A stretch of DNA of 64,000 bases, taken from positions 46,252,001-46,316,000 of the forward strand of contig OX597834.1 in the NCBI GenBank assembly GCA_951406725.2. Direction: 5' to 3'. Position 1 is the first letter of the stretch, and every line of letters begins with the position of its first letter. The position numbers were made by a program, and so were the translations under genes. This document shows positions 11,656 to 26,340 of this stretch, in pieces. Under the pieces are notes generated by a model. It searched no databases. It saw nothing but the letters and a program-made list of their open reading frames with translations, and was not told the DNA's origin. This stretch comes from Octopus vulgaris (Eukaryota).

Positions 11656-13496
11656 GGACTGAAGTAGAGATTGATCAAGTTAGACAAGCAATATCGGATA
11701 AAATGAACGAAGCTGCAGCTAGAGAAGATAATACAGAGGAAATAATTATAGACCAGCCCAGGGCTGATAAAAACGAAGTAAGGATTGAAAGAGTTAGTAT
11801 AAGTGATAGGCAAAATGAAATACTCCCTGAACCAATCATAAACACTAAGACAGATGAACATCAAATAGATAAAAAAGTCACACAAATATTGACCCAACAA
11901 AACTACATGAGCTAAAAAATCAAAGCATGGATGAACGTGATACACTCCCTAAAATCCGCAATTCTAACCAAAACATGAAAATAATTGGTAAAATCCGGCT
12001 TGCACTTAAGGATATAATTTCAGCTAATGATGTTGATATCACAAATCTCAACCACCTATACTATGCATCCGCGAAAATCTCAACGATCCTATGTGATTAG
12101 AAAACGGCAACATTTCCACAAAAAGCCTTCTTGGCAAGAGCGTCTGCAACAACAAATTAAACTACTTAGGTCTGACATTGAATATTTGAAAAACCTTAAG
12201 GCTCACAAGACTACCAAACCTACAAAAACCCAAAATTTGCTGAAAAAATGCAATATGAAAACTATACTTGATATTGATGCCACCATAGAAACCATCAAAC
12301 AAAAGGTATCTGCCAAAGCTGCCCGCATAGCGAGGTATGAAAAGCGTGTTAGATTTTTCAAGGACAACAACATGTTCAAAAATAACCCCAAGAATTTTTA
12401 CTGGAAGATAGGAAAAACAGCGTTTACTGCAAGGTCTGTACCATCAAAAGAAGAAGTGCAGGGATTTTGGAATAAAATTTGGGGAGAAGAAAAAACACAC
12501 AACGAAAAGCCCCCCTGGATTGACAGAATATCTACAGAACTGGACCCCTTAGAAGAGCAAAAGTGGGACGGTGTCAAGGTAGAAGATATAAGATCTGCTC
12601 TCAGGAGGTCAAGCAAATGGAAGTCTCCAGGAAAGGATAAAATTCCTAACTTCTGGCTGAATGTCTTCCCAGAGAGCCATGAACTGCTAACAGAACTGTA
12701 CAATGATGTTTTGCAACACCCTAGTAGGATGCCTCTTTGGCTAGTTAATGGGTTAACATTCCTGCTTCCAAAAAGTGAAGAAACAAATGAACCAAAAAAC
12801 TATAGACCCATAACCTGCTTAACAACTATGTACAAAACGCCAACATCTGTCCTGACGGACAAAAATTTGCAAAAACCTGGATTTGCCTCACGAAAAAAAC
12901 TGGTGGGAACACAAGCCACATCCAGTGCTTGAAAATGACCACATCTCACTCCTCTGGAACTTCACCATTCAAACTGACAGAAAGATAGATGCAAATAGGC
13001 CAGACATCATATTGAAAGACTTCAGACAAAGAACATGCCTCCTCATTGATATGACTGTCCCAATCGATATAAACGTATCTGTCAAGACCTACCAAAAACT
13101 GAGCAAATATAAAGATCTTGAAATAGAAATCAGCAAAATGTGGAAGCTGAAGACTAAAACAATACCTGTTGTCATAGGTGCCCTGGGAAGGATAGCGAAA
13201 GGGACTGATTGCTACCTAACTCAGATACCAGGAAACCCCAAAATGGCAGAAATTCAAAAGATAGTGCTCATGGGAACTGCTCATATCCTACGCAAAATTC
13301 TCTCTATGTAATCCCAGGGTTTAAAACAAACCTTTTTTTATGTATTAGACATTCACTAGTACAACACCAAAAAACCCCAAATATATGGCACATTAGGCAT
13401 AACAACAACGTGAACTTCCAACCTGTTGTCTCTTGAGGTCTCTGGGTGAGACTTGGAGCCAACTTGTACAAATATAAAGCAAAAGTCAAACATAGA
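11653..13496 (+). mobile_element. R4/Dong-clade non-LTR retrotransposon, 5'-truncated and internally deleted, inserted in (TAA)n
   Basis: RT N-terminal motifs KSPGKDKIPNFWL, GLTFLLPK and YRPITCLTTMYK. REL endonuclease NRPDIILKD..CLLIDMTVP..KLSKYKDL..IPVVIGALG with stop at 13311. The 3'UTR runs into (TAA)n. Confidence 0.9.
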
Positions 13497-13508
13497 ATAA
13501 TAATAATG

Positions 13509-13579
<71 letters not shown>

Positions 13580-13741
13580 CACAAAAAATAATAATAAATA
13601 CTCTACAGAGTTCTTGAAGTATTATCAATAAACTAATGTCATCTTAGTATGCTGGCTGTGGACAGCTGACATTTTCCATCATACCCAGCAAAGAAAGCTG
13701 AGTTATTTCATGATATGATAATAATAATAATAATAATAATG

Positions 13742-13817
<76 letters not shown>

Positions 13818-13874
13818 TATTGATAATAATAATAATATGAAATAAGAAGAAGAAGAAGAGGAAGAAGAATGATG

Positions 13875-13947
<73 letters not shown>

Positions 13948-13949
13948 TA

Positions 13950-14041
<92 letters not shown>

Positions 14042-14075
14042 AATAATAATAATGATAATAATAATAATAATAATG

Positions 14076-14146
<71 letters not shown>

Positions 14147-14150
14147 AATA
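13496..14150. repeat. (AAT)n arrays interrupted by a ~140-bp island and a short (GAA)n
   Basis: Seen directly. Confidence 0.95.
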
Positions 14151-14346
14151 GCTCCGATAACAACATTCAGTTGTAGTTTTGTATGTAATCTGTTTATCTT
14201 CTCTTGTAGTTTTTTAGTAAAAGAAATTCCATTTGCATATATGCGTTTCTATTTCTGAACATCCACAGTATCTGTCGAGGACATGACTTGAGTTTGCTTT
14301 TTTCTGATTAGATTGTTAATGAATCGACTCACAGGATACAGAAAGG

Positions 14347-14386
<40 letters not shown>

Positions 14387-14399
14387 GAGAGAGATATAT

Positions 14400-14444
<45 letters not shown>

Positions 14445-14449
14445 CACAC

Positions 14450-14531
<82 letters not shown>

Positions 14532-17103
14532 ACAGCCAAGAGGAGAGAAAGAATGGATGTATTTCTATCGCCAAAGACTTTGAATCTTTTATAACTTAGG
14601 CTCAGATGTTTACGAAAATCCCCCGTTAAAATATTTCCTGTCACAGGTGTATGTGGCAGCCATAATACTGCGCACAGTATTACAGCTGCCGTAACAAAGT
14701 TTGTGAGCGTATGTATGTTTGTATGTGTTTTTACTTGCGTGTGTGCCTGTGAGTGTGTGTGTTTTTGTGTGTGTTTGTGTGTGTGTATGTGTGTGTGTGT
14801 GTGTCTGTGTGAATGTGACAGTATATATAACACTAGATGAATGTTGAATTATAAATGCCCGTTATATACTGCTATACTAACTGTGAAATTATAGATACAG
14901 TTTTAAACCCTGAGAAAAAAAATAAAAACAACAGTAAAATTGATTATAAAGAGGATGAAAACGAAGATGCCACCGAATGATTCACTATTGATAGCTTAAC
15001 TATATTGATGGATGAGCTAATGTACTCATCAAAGGACTAGAAGTATGTGACTTGAAAACGGAACATAAACTACTGGATTTTTATATCATACATAAAAGAA
15101 ACTATATACGGAAAGATCAAAGCGTATGAAACCTTGCCTGGATAACATGTTCACAGAGATAACTAACAGTAATTTTAGAAAATATGAGAGTAGTATTCCA
15201 TCACCTCGTAGTCTTTCAACATCCAGTAAACACAAAATCCGACCTGCAATACGCTAAACCGATGATTCAGCAGCCAGTGTGAAACCACCTGTTGTCATCT
15301 CTTCACATTCGAAGTCAGCTTGATTAATTGATAAAAGGTATTGTATCATTTTGGGTGTGACACTAACGCAACAGCCTGTGTAAATACAATTCAGTGTCCC
15401 TAGTTTGGGCGGGGTTGTCGGAGGAGCGAAAATTTCTACAAAGTTCCTGACCAGTCTGTCTTATGAAAATCGAAACGCCAAAGGGAACATTAGAGCGGGT
15501 AAACAAAATTGGGAAGACCTAAAATTTTGATTGTTGGCTGAGGGTGGTGTTGCACAAAGTCCTATTTCTTTGAGGCTAAAAAAGCTCGCTTTGCGACCGT
15601 GTGTTCTCGTGTCCGGCCTCACTGTCCTGGGGAAGCGTCTTTTACTGCAGCACGGGACCGACCACTGCCTTGGGAATGAATTTTTTCGACAGAATATATG
15701 TGTGTGACTTTGTGTTTGCCACACCATCACTACTTGTGATCCGCTATTCGTACATTCTAGGTCAACTCAAATTTGAGGTGTTACTACCATTCATGGCCCA
15801 CAGTGTTGGTCAGACAGCAGAAGATATTCATGTAGCTAAGTCATATAGGAATGGGGCGAGCGCTAGTCTGAAGTTATGGGTCACATAAGTCCACCGGTAT
15901 ATCGGTATGTTTTGTTATCTCATGAAACGCTCTCTCAGCGTAAAAGTTAAGTAAGCCCTTTTGGGCCTCGAAAGTAAGGTTGAGGAAACAAGAGACTTGC
16001 AGAGTAAAATTATGAAATTTTGGGTTTTGGCATGGAGGACCACGATTCCTGCGATCTATAAGTATGGTACCCGAAGACAAAGGGAGGGACAGACAGACAA
16101 ACAGACAGACAGGCAAGCAAGCAGGCAGGCAGGCAGACGGATAGACAGGTGGCCGCGGGAAGACAGAGAATCAACATAGTGTGATATAAAGGGAGACAAA
16201 GAAAGAGACAGAGTGAGATAGAGAGACAGGGTGAGACACCGCGAGAGATAAAGAAAGACAGGCAGAGAGAGAAAGAGGTAGGGGACAGGGAGAGAATGAA
16301 ATAGAAACAGAGAGACAGAGAGAGAGAGAGACAGAGACATAGAGACACAGACAAAGGGAAAAAGAGAGACAAAGAGAAAGAGAGGAAACAGAAACACACA
16401 AACACAGGATATAAGTTCATTGCGTGGGAAATTTTATATTAAAAACCAAAAATGTATATCCGTGCATATACTTGGCCAATCCGTGTTCCTAAACTTTCAC
16501 TGAGGTCCTGGTTTATAATTCTTTTGCAATCCTTCTGTTGTCAAACATTCCATTTCAGATAAATTAATTTCCAATGCAATTTCGACTTGTTGTCTTGGAG
16601 ATTGGGTGTTTTGGGATTATTTCCATCAACCCGATGCTTAGAATGACGAGTCTTGAAGCAAGAACCAGAAGGGAGCCAACGAATGCAAATTTCGAGAACA
16701 CAAAAACCACATTGAAGGCAAAACCCTGAATAACAACACTAACTAAGTTAACAACACAAACAATACATATACTTACATGCAATACTCGAAATATACACAA
16801 AAACAAACAACACACACGTGCGTGCATACACGTGCTTGAATATGCACAGAACAAAAGGAATATAGTGTTAGAATGAGAAAAAAAAATCATTGAAATTGTT
16901 CAGGAGGCAAGAGAAGTGCGACGAAAATTCTACGATAAATTCGTTAATTATTGACTAATTGATTAGATACAAATACATCTGAAGTGAATCAGTACAGGTA
17001 TGTGCGTGTTTATTGACTAAAACGCCCCCCAAAGGCGAACAAATTGGGTTTGAACACACAATATATATACATTTATATATGTATGTATGTGTGTGTATGT
17101 ATA

Positions 17104-17143
<40 letters not shown>

Positions 17144-17206
17144 CACATACATACATATATATATATATACATATATATAAAAATATATACATACATATAT
17201 ACATAT

Positions 17207-17260
<54 letters not shown>

Positions 17261-17277
17261 CATACATACATATATAT

Positions 17278-17320
<43 letters not shown>

Positions 17321-17386
17321 TATATAATACATATATATATACATACATACCTACCTACATACATACATACATACATATATATATAT

Positions 17387-17427
<41 letters not shown>

Positions 17428-17504
17428 TATATACACATACATATATATATATACATATATATATACATACATACCTACCTACATACATACATACATATAT
17501 ATAT

Positions 17505-17564
<60 letters not shown>

Positions 17565-17608
17565 CATATATATATATATATATATATACATACATACCTA
17601 CCTACATG

Positions 17609-17671
<63 letters not shown>

Positions 17672-18128
17672 TATGCCTGCTGTGTATGTCATATGACTGC
17701 TAAATATACAATATACAAACGGCATGGGTGCTATCACTACAAGAAGTAGATTTTAATTCCTCCAAACGAGATGTTTATCGTCTGGAAGCCTTTCCACATT
17801 CTACAAATAATCAACTTAAGCCAAGACTTTGACCATTCTGTTTCAAAGAATTATCCAAAACCGAAGAATTCCGGATATACTCAAAAAGAGAATAACAACT
17901 GTTTATACAGATACGTCCATATATAGTGAAGTGGTGAAAGCTTTTCCTCTGGAGGCCTATGCGTGGTAATTTATTAAGTTATAAAATACAAAATATCTGA
18001 GAGTTATGGTACGAGATATGTATTTTCGTATCGCCCGTAAAATGGGCATCTTAAATCGTTATAGCCTTGTGAGTGGATTTCGTAGACGGAAACTGATAGA
18101 AGCCCGTCGTATATTTATACACACCAAA

Positions 18129-18358
18129 GGCGGCGAGCTGGCAGAAACGATAGCGCGCCGGCCGAAATGCTTAGCGGTATTTCGTCTGTCGCTATGTTCT
18201 GATTTCAAATTCCGCCAAGGTCGACTTTGCCTTTCATCCTTTCGGGCTCGATAAATTAAGTACCAGTTACGCACTGGGGTCGATGTAATGGACTTAATCC
18301 CTTTGTCTGTCCTTGTTTGTCCTTTCTATGTTTAGCCCCTTGTGGGTAGTAAAGAAAT
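18129..18358 (+). mobile_element. tRNA-derived SINE with Meta/Sauria-like core and Tx1-like 3' tail (family S2)
   Basis: Head ggcggcgagctggcagaaac...ttcaaattcc; core GTCGACTTTGCCTTTCATCCTTTCGGG.TCGATAAATTAAGTACCAG; tail similar to the Tx1 3' end at 33509-33565. Confidence 0.85.
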
Positions 18359-19699
18359 ATATATACATGTGCGTGTTTGTGTGTGTGTAGTGAGGGTGCA
18401 TGGCTTAGTGTTTGCTAGACCGTGTGGTGCGTAGTGTTCTTCAGCAAAACACAGAAAAACAAAAGACGTAGACGGGTGTGTAAACAACAGATGAATTAGT
18501 TTAACGCTCGGGAAGTGTGAAAATATTTTTGAGGTCATCTATGTACAATATTGATGTATCAATGGATGTATAGTATTCTAGAGCTGCTAGGATATGACAT
18601 CTTGAGTGTATACTCAAACTGTGGCATACAATTGACAACTAAGGTGCCGCTATCTCTTAGTACAACTTTAAGAAACCAAAACATCCCTGTCACATTCCTT
18701 TTAGTGGTCACCTCCAAATACACACACACACACACATATATGTATACAACTATAGATATACACACACATATATAATGTATATACACACATTGTTAAATTA
18801 CATATATATGTGTGTGTGTGTGTATATATAGATATAAATATACACACACACTTATGTATATACACACACATTGTTAAATGTACATATATATGTGTACATA
18901 TTTGCAGAATATATGTATGTATCAAATAATACTCACATATATTTGAATATACACAGACAGACAGATAAATAGATAGATAGATACATACATACATACATAC
19001 ATACTTACATACATACATATATACATACATATATACATACACACACACATACATACATGCATACATACATACATACAGACAGACAGACATACAGACATAC
19101 AGACAGACAGACATAGACATATGATTGCCGTTCACTCGTGTCAGAGAAAACCCATCACCAACTTATGATAGAATAGTTGTCTCCTCGGTGTCTCTTTCTA
19201 GCTGTCTCAGCTTCAAACATATCTTTTCCCAAACCTTGCATATAAGGCAATCCCTTTACATTATGAAGATCGACTCACGCAGCGACATGCGCACACACGT
19301 CGTGGACTTTTGTGGACTTATATTTCCCACGCGCAATTAAATGAGGGAAATTGCATTTATATATAAATGCATTTATGTCTGCATCGATATACTTATGTAT
19401 CTAATAGGTTTATCTTATTTCTATATAAAATATGCTTGGGTTTACAATTTGATATTTCGGGTAAAATACTTCCTAATCAAAAAGAACTCGATTATAAACG
19501 GTATTGAGACAACTAGAAGCTAAACTACTCCAGAAGTGTACCATTTATTTACTAACCTGCTCTGAACAACGCTAAATTAGCCACGTTGGCTTCAATGTAA
19601 ATAGCTATCTTTTAAAATAATGTAGTTTAACTCTTTACAGAGATGATGAGTGAATTGATAGAATATTGGGTTGGACTGAATTCCTCTTGTTCGTTAATA

Positions 19700-19812
19700 T
19701 ACAGCATTGGCAAGGAGACTGGAGAAATTCCAATGAAGGAGCCTTGGATCTACGTTAGAAACCGACTCTTTCTCCATTGGCAAGAAATCTTGAAATAAAA
19801 CTAAATAATGAT
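19700..19812 (+). mobile_element. 3'UTR of R4-like LINE family B ending in (CATA)n
   Basis: ggagccttggatctacgttagaaaccgactc matches ggagccttgtatctttgttggaaaccggctc at about 41909-41939. Confidence 0.6.
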
Positions 19813-19875
19813 ATACATAAATATATACAAACATACATACATACATACATACATACATACATACATACATACATA

Positions 19876-20032
19876 GAGGACAGGCTTCCACAGTTTCTGT
19901 CTATCAAATTCACCTTCAAGGCATCGGTTGGTCCAGAGTTGTAGAAGATAATTAATCAAGGTACTTTGTAATTGGACTGAACCCGAAACCACATAGTAGC
20001 AAATTGAGCTTCTTAACCACACAGCCATATGC
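19876..20032 (-). mobile_element. tRNA-derived SINE family S1, 5' half
   Basis: Reverse-complement similarity to 39624-39770. Confidence 0.75.
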
Positions 20033-20154
20033 AAGCATACGTATGTATGTATGTATGTATGTATGCATGTATGTATGTATGTATGTATGTATGTATGTAT
20101 GTATGTATGTATGTATGTGTGTGTGTGTGTATGTATGAATGTATGTATGTATGT

Positions 20155-21075
20155 ATGTATGGCAAATTGAACGATCGTCTGTGGTCACAGTGTTGGATTT
20201 CGAACGACAGCAGAATAAAAGTGTACAAAACGTGTGTTCTCTCTGAGACTTGGGTGCCGTACAAGCGGCATCTGAAGTGTCCGGAAAGCTTTCATCAAGA
20301 GCCTCTTCGGAAAATAGCAGGTACTAACTGGAGGATGAGGATTAGTGACGAGTAGGTGTTAGAAGGGTTTAACTGCTCCACTATAGAAAGTATCGTTCAA
20401 TAGTACCATCTTAGGTGGTGTGGCAATGTGGTGAAAATGGATGACAAAAGAAGATTGAAGCAACTGCTTTTTGGAAAATTAACTCGCAGAAAGAGTCGAA
20501 GGCGTAAACCAAAAATGTGGTTAAAGATTTCTGTGAAACAAATATTTAATTGGATGAGTGGGAAACTAAAGCGTTAGAGGAAGGAAGTGGAAGGAAAGCA
20601 TTAAAAGGGACACGAAAGAATCTCAACTACAGAGAAGGGAACATCGGAAGTGTAAAAGAAATGCTAAGAAAGGACACCCTACCCTAAGCCGTTATCGGAA
20701 TTTCCTCTGGTCAATGAAGTAATTTGTAATCAATGTGGGTGCGTTTGTCTCAGTTTGGCGCGACTGTAAAGCCATCAATGCAGTCATGTTACCAAACCGG
20801 TTGTGGATTGCAGTGAGTATGAAATGAAATAGTGTCAGAGTTGTGGAAAGCAGTGTGCCTCCGCCTGAGGAGGCTTGAGGCACCATTTGAATATTCACGA
20901 GAAGGATGAATCACAAAATAGCTCCAACGTCATTCACACTTGTAAATGGTGTGGCAAAGAATGTAGATCTTTGGCTGAACGCAAGTTCATATACGAGCAT
21001 TGCATGTGTAGGACGTTCGATCAGGCGATAGCAATATTCGAACACTATATTACAGCCATCATCCATGCGTGTACG
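20155..21075 (+). mobile_element. RTE-clade (BovB-like) LINE, 3' fragment, degraded
   Basis: YGKLNDRLWSQ..IKVYKTCVL..SETWVPYKRHLK..FHQ..LRKI..LRWCGNVVKMDDKRRLKQLLFGKL, plus a C-terminal C..CGKECRS zinc-finger remnant. Confidence 0.8.
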
Positions 21076-21132
21076 TAGTACGTACGTACGTATGATATTA
21101 TTTCTATGTATGTATGTATGTATGTACGTACG

Positions 21133-21166
<34 letters not shown>

Positions 21167-21189
21167 TGTATGTACGTATATATGTATGT

Positions 21190-21525
21190 ATGTATTATGT
21201 ATGTGTGAGTGTATGGATGTATATATGTATGTATTATGTATGTGTGAGTGTATGGATGTATATATGTATGTATGTATTATGTATGTGTGAGTGTATGGAT
21301 GTATATATGTATGTATTATGTATGTGTGAGTGTATGGATGTATATATGTATGTATGTATTATGTATGTGTGAGTGTATGGATGTATATATGTATGTATGT
21401 ATTATGTATGTGTGAGTGTATGGATGTATATATGTATGTATTATGTATGTGTGAGTGTATGGATGTATATATGTATGTATGTATTATGTATGTGTGAGTG
21501 TATGGATGTATATATGTATGTATGA
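21190..21525. repeat. Minisatellite, 8 copies of a 39/43-bp unit
   Basis: Core gtgagtgtatggatgtatatatgtatgta recurs at 21205, 21244, 21287, 21326, 21369, 21412, 21451 and 21494. Confidence 0.95.
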
Positions 21526-22089
21526 ATGAATGAAATCAGGAGAATTTTCTGTTTGTCCATTACATTTATTATTTAATATATTTATTTCGACCACTTCTAC
21601 GTATTCAGTTTTTAGTAAATATCTCTTTCCTGTAGAGAGACATAATCGATCGAATTTGTCTAAATTCGGATAATGTTTTCTCAAATAGTAATAGAGTAAA
21701 TAATAAACCGTCCTTGAGGTGTGTGTGTATGCACACATATGTGTTTGTGTGTGTGTGTGTATTATGTATATGTATACGTTATTGTGTATGTATGTAAGTG
21801 TATATGCATGTGTATATATGTATATATACATATATTTATAGATATACATATACATATGTATGTATGTATATATATATATATATACGTACACATATATATA
21901 TATATATATATGTACGTCTATATATGTATATATATATACATATATATGCATCATATACATATGCATATATATATATATGTGTGTATGTGTGTGTATTTAT
22001 ATATAAACAAATATATATATATATAATATCTATAACTATATATATATACATATATATGTATCATATGTATATATATATATGCATATATG

Positions 22090-22126
<37 letters not shown>

Positions 22127-25100
22127 ATCTATGTATATAAAAACAAATATATATATATATATACATATATGTATACACGAAAATTCATTGTAAGTGTTAG
22201 TGGGAGAGAGTGTGGTCAAATTGAAAAAAGAATTTATACATTGTCATTGTGTTTAGACGCTATGTTTGTTTAGTTAAGTGTATGGCTGTTTCTATTTTTC
22301 TGCATTGCGTATGCATGCGCGTGGGAAAAATTTTACGTTTTTTTTTTTTGCTGTACTTCCAACATAGAAGATAGTTAGAAACCTAATATATGTGAATGTG
22401 TGTGTGTTTGTATGTATGTATGTATATTTACTTCGAATGTGTGTGTGTATTAGATCATATCTGCATAATCGAATAAAATTCTCTATATAAAACATACAAT
22501 AAAGCGTAAAGTGAAATGTATTAAATGATATAGTCCATTAATGATAATACATTTTGACAAGGTGCTAGATAACCTAAAGTGCAACCTAATCATCAGACAA
22601 TTAAAAAGCTCAAACTTTTTCTCGAATATTAGTGACATAGAGGAATTGTTTGGCTGTGTTGCCCTAGATTATTTCCCTCTGTTCTGTTATGGATTTGCAA
22701 ATATGGCGTCTTTATATATCATTAGGCTTCGTTTTTTTCTCTTGGCTCAGACAAAATATATAGTGAGGTAGAACTTTGTATATAGGCCTATGTTGTATAA
22801 AATATGGAATGTTAATGAGTTGAAATTACAAAGGAATCAGTGAGTGCATTTTCTATATACTCCATGTCTGTTACTAGAACCAATAATCCGAGTAAATGGT
22901 AGTGAGTATAAAATCAAGGGCATTTCATAGAGAGTTTAAAATTAAGGAGCAAATTAACGTGAGAGTGGTTGCTCTCTGTAAATAGTCGTTCAGCGATCCA
23001 CTCTATGAATATATAATGAAATCTGGATATTAAATGCAGTTGCTACATTTCACGAATGAACCTGATCTAGAGTTCATATACAGTGGATAATAATTTTGTT
23101 TGCTACGAATTACTTTATAGCTATGCATAATCTGACACACCATATGCGATTACTGCTGATTCTGTACTTTTGGGGGATCTTCCACTTAATGTATACAGTA
23201 ACATATTTTCACATCCCAGACGTAAATAGCTATTTTATTCCAGCCCTCCTTTCCGTATTTCTGAAATAATCGCTGTTTCAATTTATCTTTCATAATGGCC
23301 GCTTAGAGTTTGGTGGCAGTGAAGGTGGCATCTACCTTATAGATAATTGCTTTAACACTGTTTTACTGATTAATGGAGCATGCATTGTTATTTCTGCTTA
23401 TGAAGCAGTTGATTTCCATTTAATTTAGTTTGCTTTCATACGGCTGACACAGCTTTGACTTCATTTACAGTTATTTTTATTAAATAGGGTTTTGTACAGG
23501 CGTTAATTTTATACCAAGTCTATGAAATTTTATTAATGTTAGAATTGAAAACGAAGGAGAAAGGAGGTTTAAACCAGGTAATATTTCAACATGACATTTA
23601 TACTAATATATAAGGGTTTTCTTTTGTTGTATTTCTGCATGTGGTTCTTTCTGTGTTCTACTGTAGTACAAGGTTATATAACGGTGATTTCATTACAAAC
23701 GTGAGATACTTTTTGCTGTTATTAGTCGGGTTTTAGAAACTATGCATGGACGGATGGCTGGATGGATGGATGGATGGAAGGAGGGAGGGAGGGATGCATG
23801 CATGCATGGATGGATGCAAGGATGGATGGATTGATCGATCGATCGATGGGTGCAAGAAATCTATATTAAGAAATCTATATTGGTGCTATTAAGTTAGACA
23901 TGGCCTGGACCAATCTTTGGTCGAAACATATCTAAGTTTATCTAAGTTTATATCTACATATGTGTGCACTTAATTCGGTTGGTAATATGGTTGGAGTTCG
24001 GATGTGGTTAAGATAGTAGTAAATTCCATGCAATTTATTATCGAGAATAGTTATGATAATTATTTATTAAGTGGAAATTATTCAACTTATTAATAAGGTA
24101 TTTTTACATACCTTGAATGGTTTTCCATTGGCATGTTTGGATATAGATAACCCATCATCTCTATATAGTCCAATTTCTATTGTGGTTAACTTAGATTCTA
24201 TATTCTTCATTGCACTAACATTAATGATTCTGTATATTTACACACTCATACGTATATATCTCTCTATATATATCTGTGTGTGTGTGTGAGTGTGTGTGTG
24301 AGTGTGTGTGTATATGGATGGATGTGCATAAGTATGTGTATTCATGTATGAAGTACACGTATATACATAACACACAAAATACATAAGTAACTGGATAGAT
24401 ACAGAGGTAGATAGACAGAGAGGTAGGCAGGCACACGGGCAGGCAGGCAGGCAGGCAGGAAGGCAGGTAGGTAGGTAGGTAGGTAGGTAGGTAGGTAGGT
24501 AGGTAGGTAGGTAGGTAGGTAGGTAGGTAGGTAGGTAGGTAGGTAGGTAGGTGGGTAGGTGGGTAGGTAGGTAGGTAGGTAGGTAGGTAGGTAGGTAGGT
24601 AGGTAGGTAGGTAGGTAGGTAGGTAGGTAGGTAGGTAGGTAGGTAGGTAGGTAGGTAGGTAGGCAAGTGCACTTTGGTATATTTGATAATATAAAAGACA
24701 TATCTCTTAACAAGTATATACTTGCATGTATATATATATATATGTTTGTATATATGTATATGTATAAATATATTTACATATATATATATACACATATACA
24801 CATATATATGTGTGCATATATATATATATGTACGTATCTATGTATATATACACACACATGCAATATTCATGTATGTGTGTGTGCGCGCGCGTGTGTGGTG
24901 GGGGCTTGAAATCTGCAGGGAACAATCCACTGGAGCTGAATAAGTCGAGATATTGAAGAATCTTCTACATCGATTGAAGCCACTCAAAGGACTTTAACAA
25001 TTATAGGAGAAATGGAAATAAATTGATACATTTAATACACACGTACACACATATGCATAAATTTATAGATGCATATAAATAAATACACACACATATATAT

Positions 25101-25631
25101 ATACATGTGTGTGTATGTGTGCGTGTGTATACGCACAAATTTATGGATATATACGCACACATATATTAAAATACTATAAACTCAAAATGGCGGACCTATT
25201 GTCAAATATAATTCGTACAAAATTAAGATCCATTTCACGGCAACTGCAGGCTCATTCCTATTATTTCAGTACATTTCTTATTTCCTTTCTAAATTCAATT
25301 CCGTCGTTATCACTTTCCTCTTATCTTCTATATGTCCCTCTGTCTCTCTTCCTCTTTCCCTTATTCTTTTTTCCGTCTCTCTTCCTCTCTCTCTCTCTCT
25401 CTCTCTCACTTTCTCATTCTCTCTCACTGGTTGGTCGAAACGGCTGACACCACACAATTCACTCTTACCAATGGCTTCATCAAATTCTCACAGTAGATAT
25501 CACCATTATGTATTACTGAATAATCTGGTTTTAAGCGTATTAAGCTTAACCTAATGGAATTCGTAGCTGAAATTATCTAAAAATTTATTGCTACAAATTA
25601 ACTGCTCCTTACATTTGCGGCTGCTGCTGTT

Positions 25632-25668
<37 letters not shown>

Positions 25669-25959
25669 TTGTTGTTGATGATGATGATGTTGTCATAACC
25701 CATGTCAGACTTAAAGGATCAGCCCTGCGAACCGAAATATTCCAAACATTTTCCTCTTTTTCATTTTAAATTTAAATATACCTGGGATGATAGCGTTCTA
25801 GATAACACGTCTCTACTCATTTTTAATGTAATAAAGACTAACTCAATGAAGACTTGCCCGTTACTTCTAACAAGTCAACCGATTTCATAAAGTTATCCCT
25901 CTTGGTATATGTGTATGTGTGCGTCTATACATATTTATATATATATATATTTATGTAAG

Positions 25960-26012
<53 letters not shown>

Positions 26013-26014
26013 TC

Positions 26015-26340
26015 CCTTTTTACTCTTTTACCTGTTTCAGTCATTTGACTGCGACCATTCTGGAGCACCGCCTTTAGTCGAGTAAATCGACCCCAGGGCT
26101 TATTCTTTGTAAGCCTAGTACTTATTCTATCGTTCTCTTTTGCCGAACCGCTAAGCTACGGGGGCGTAAACACATCAGCATCGATTGTCAAGTGATGTTG
26201 GGGGAACAAACACAGACACACAAACATATACACACACACACACACGCAAACACACACACACACATATGTATATATATACACACACATATATACGACTGGC
26301 TTCTTTTCAGTTTCTGTCTGCCAAATCCACACACAAGGCA
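26015..26340 (-). mobile_element. tRNA-derived SINE family S1 (head missing)
   Basis: Reverse-complement match to 39720-40027, including the internal (CA)/(TA) tract. Confidence 0.85.

Noticed and set aside
21190-21525. CRISPR-like periodicity
   Set aside because: No unique spacers; eukaryotic minisatellite.
22900-23480. Possible very old RT fragment on the minus strand
   Set aside because: Only vague motif resemblance with many stops; cannot be supported without a profile search.
23893-23940. GACCAA/TTGGTC stem followed by GAAACATAT as a hammerhead
   Set aside because: No CUGANGA box; it folds equally well as a simple interrupted hairpin.
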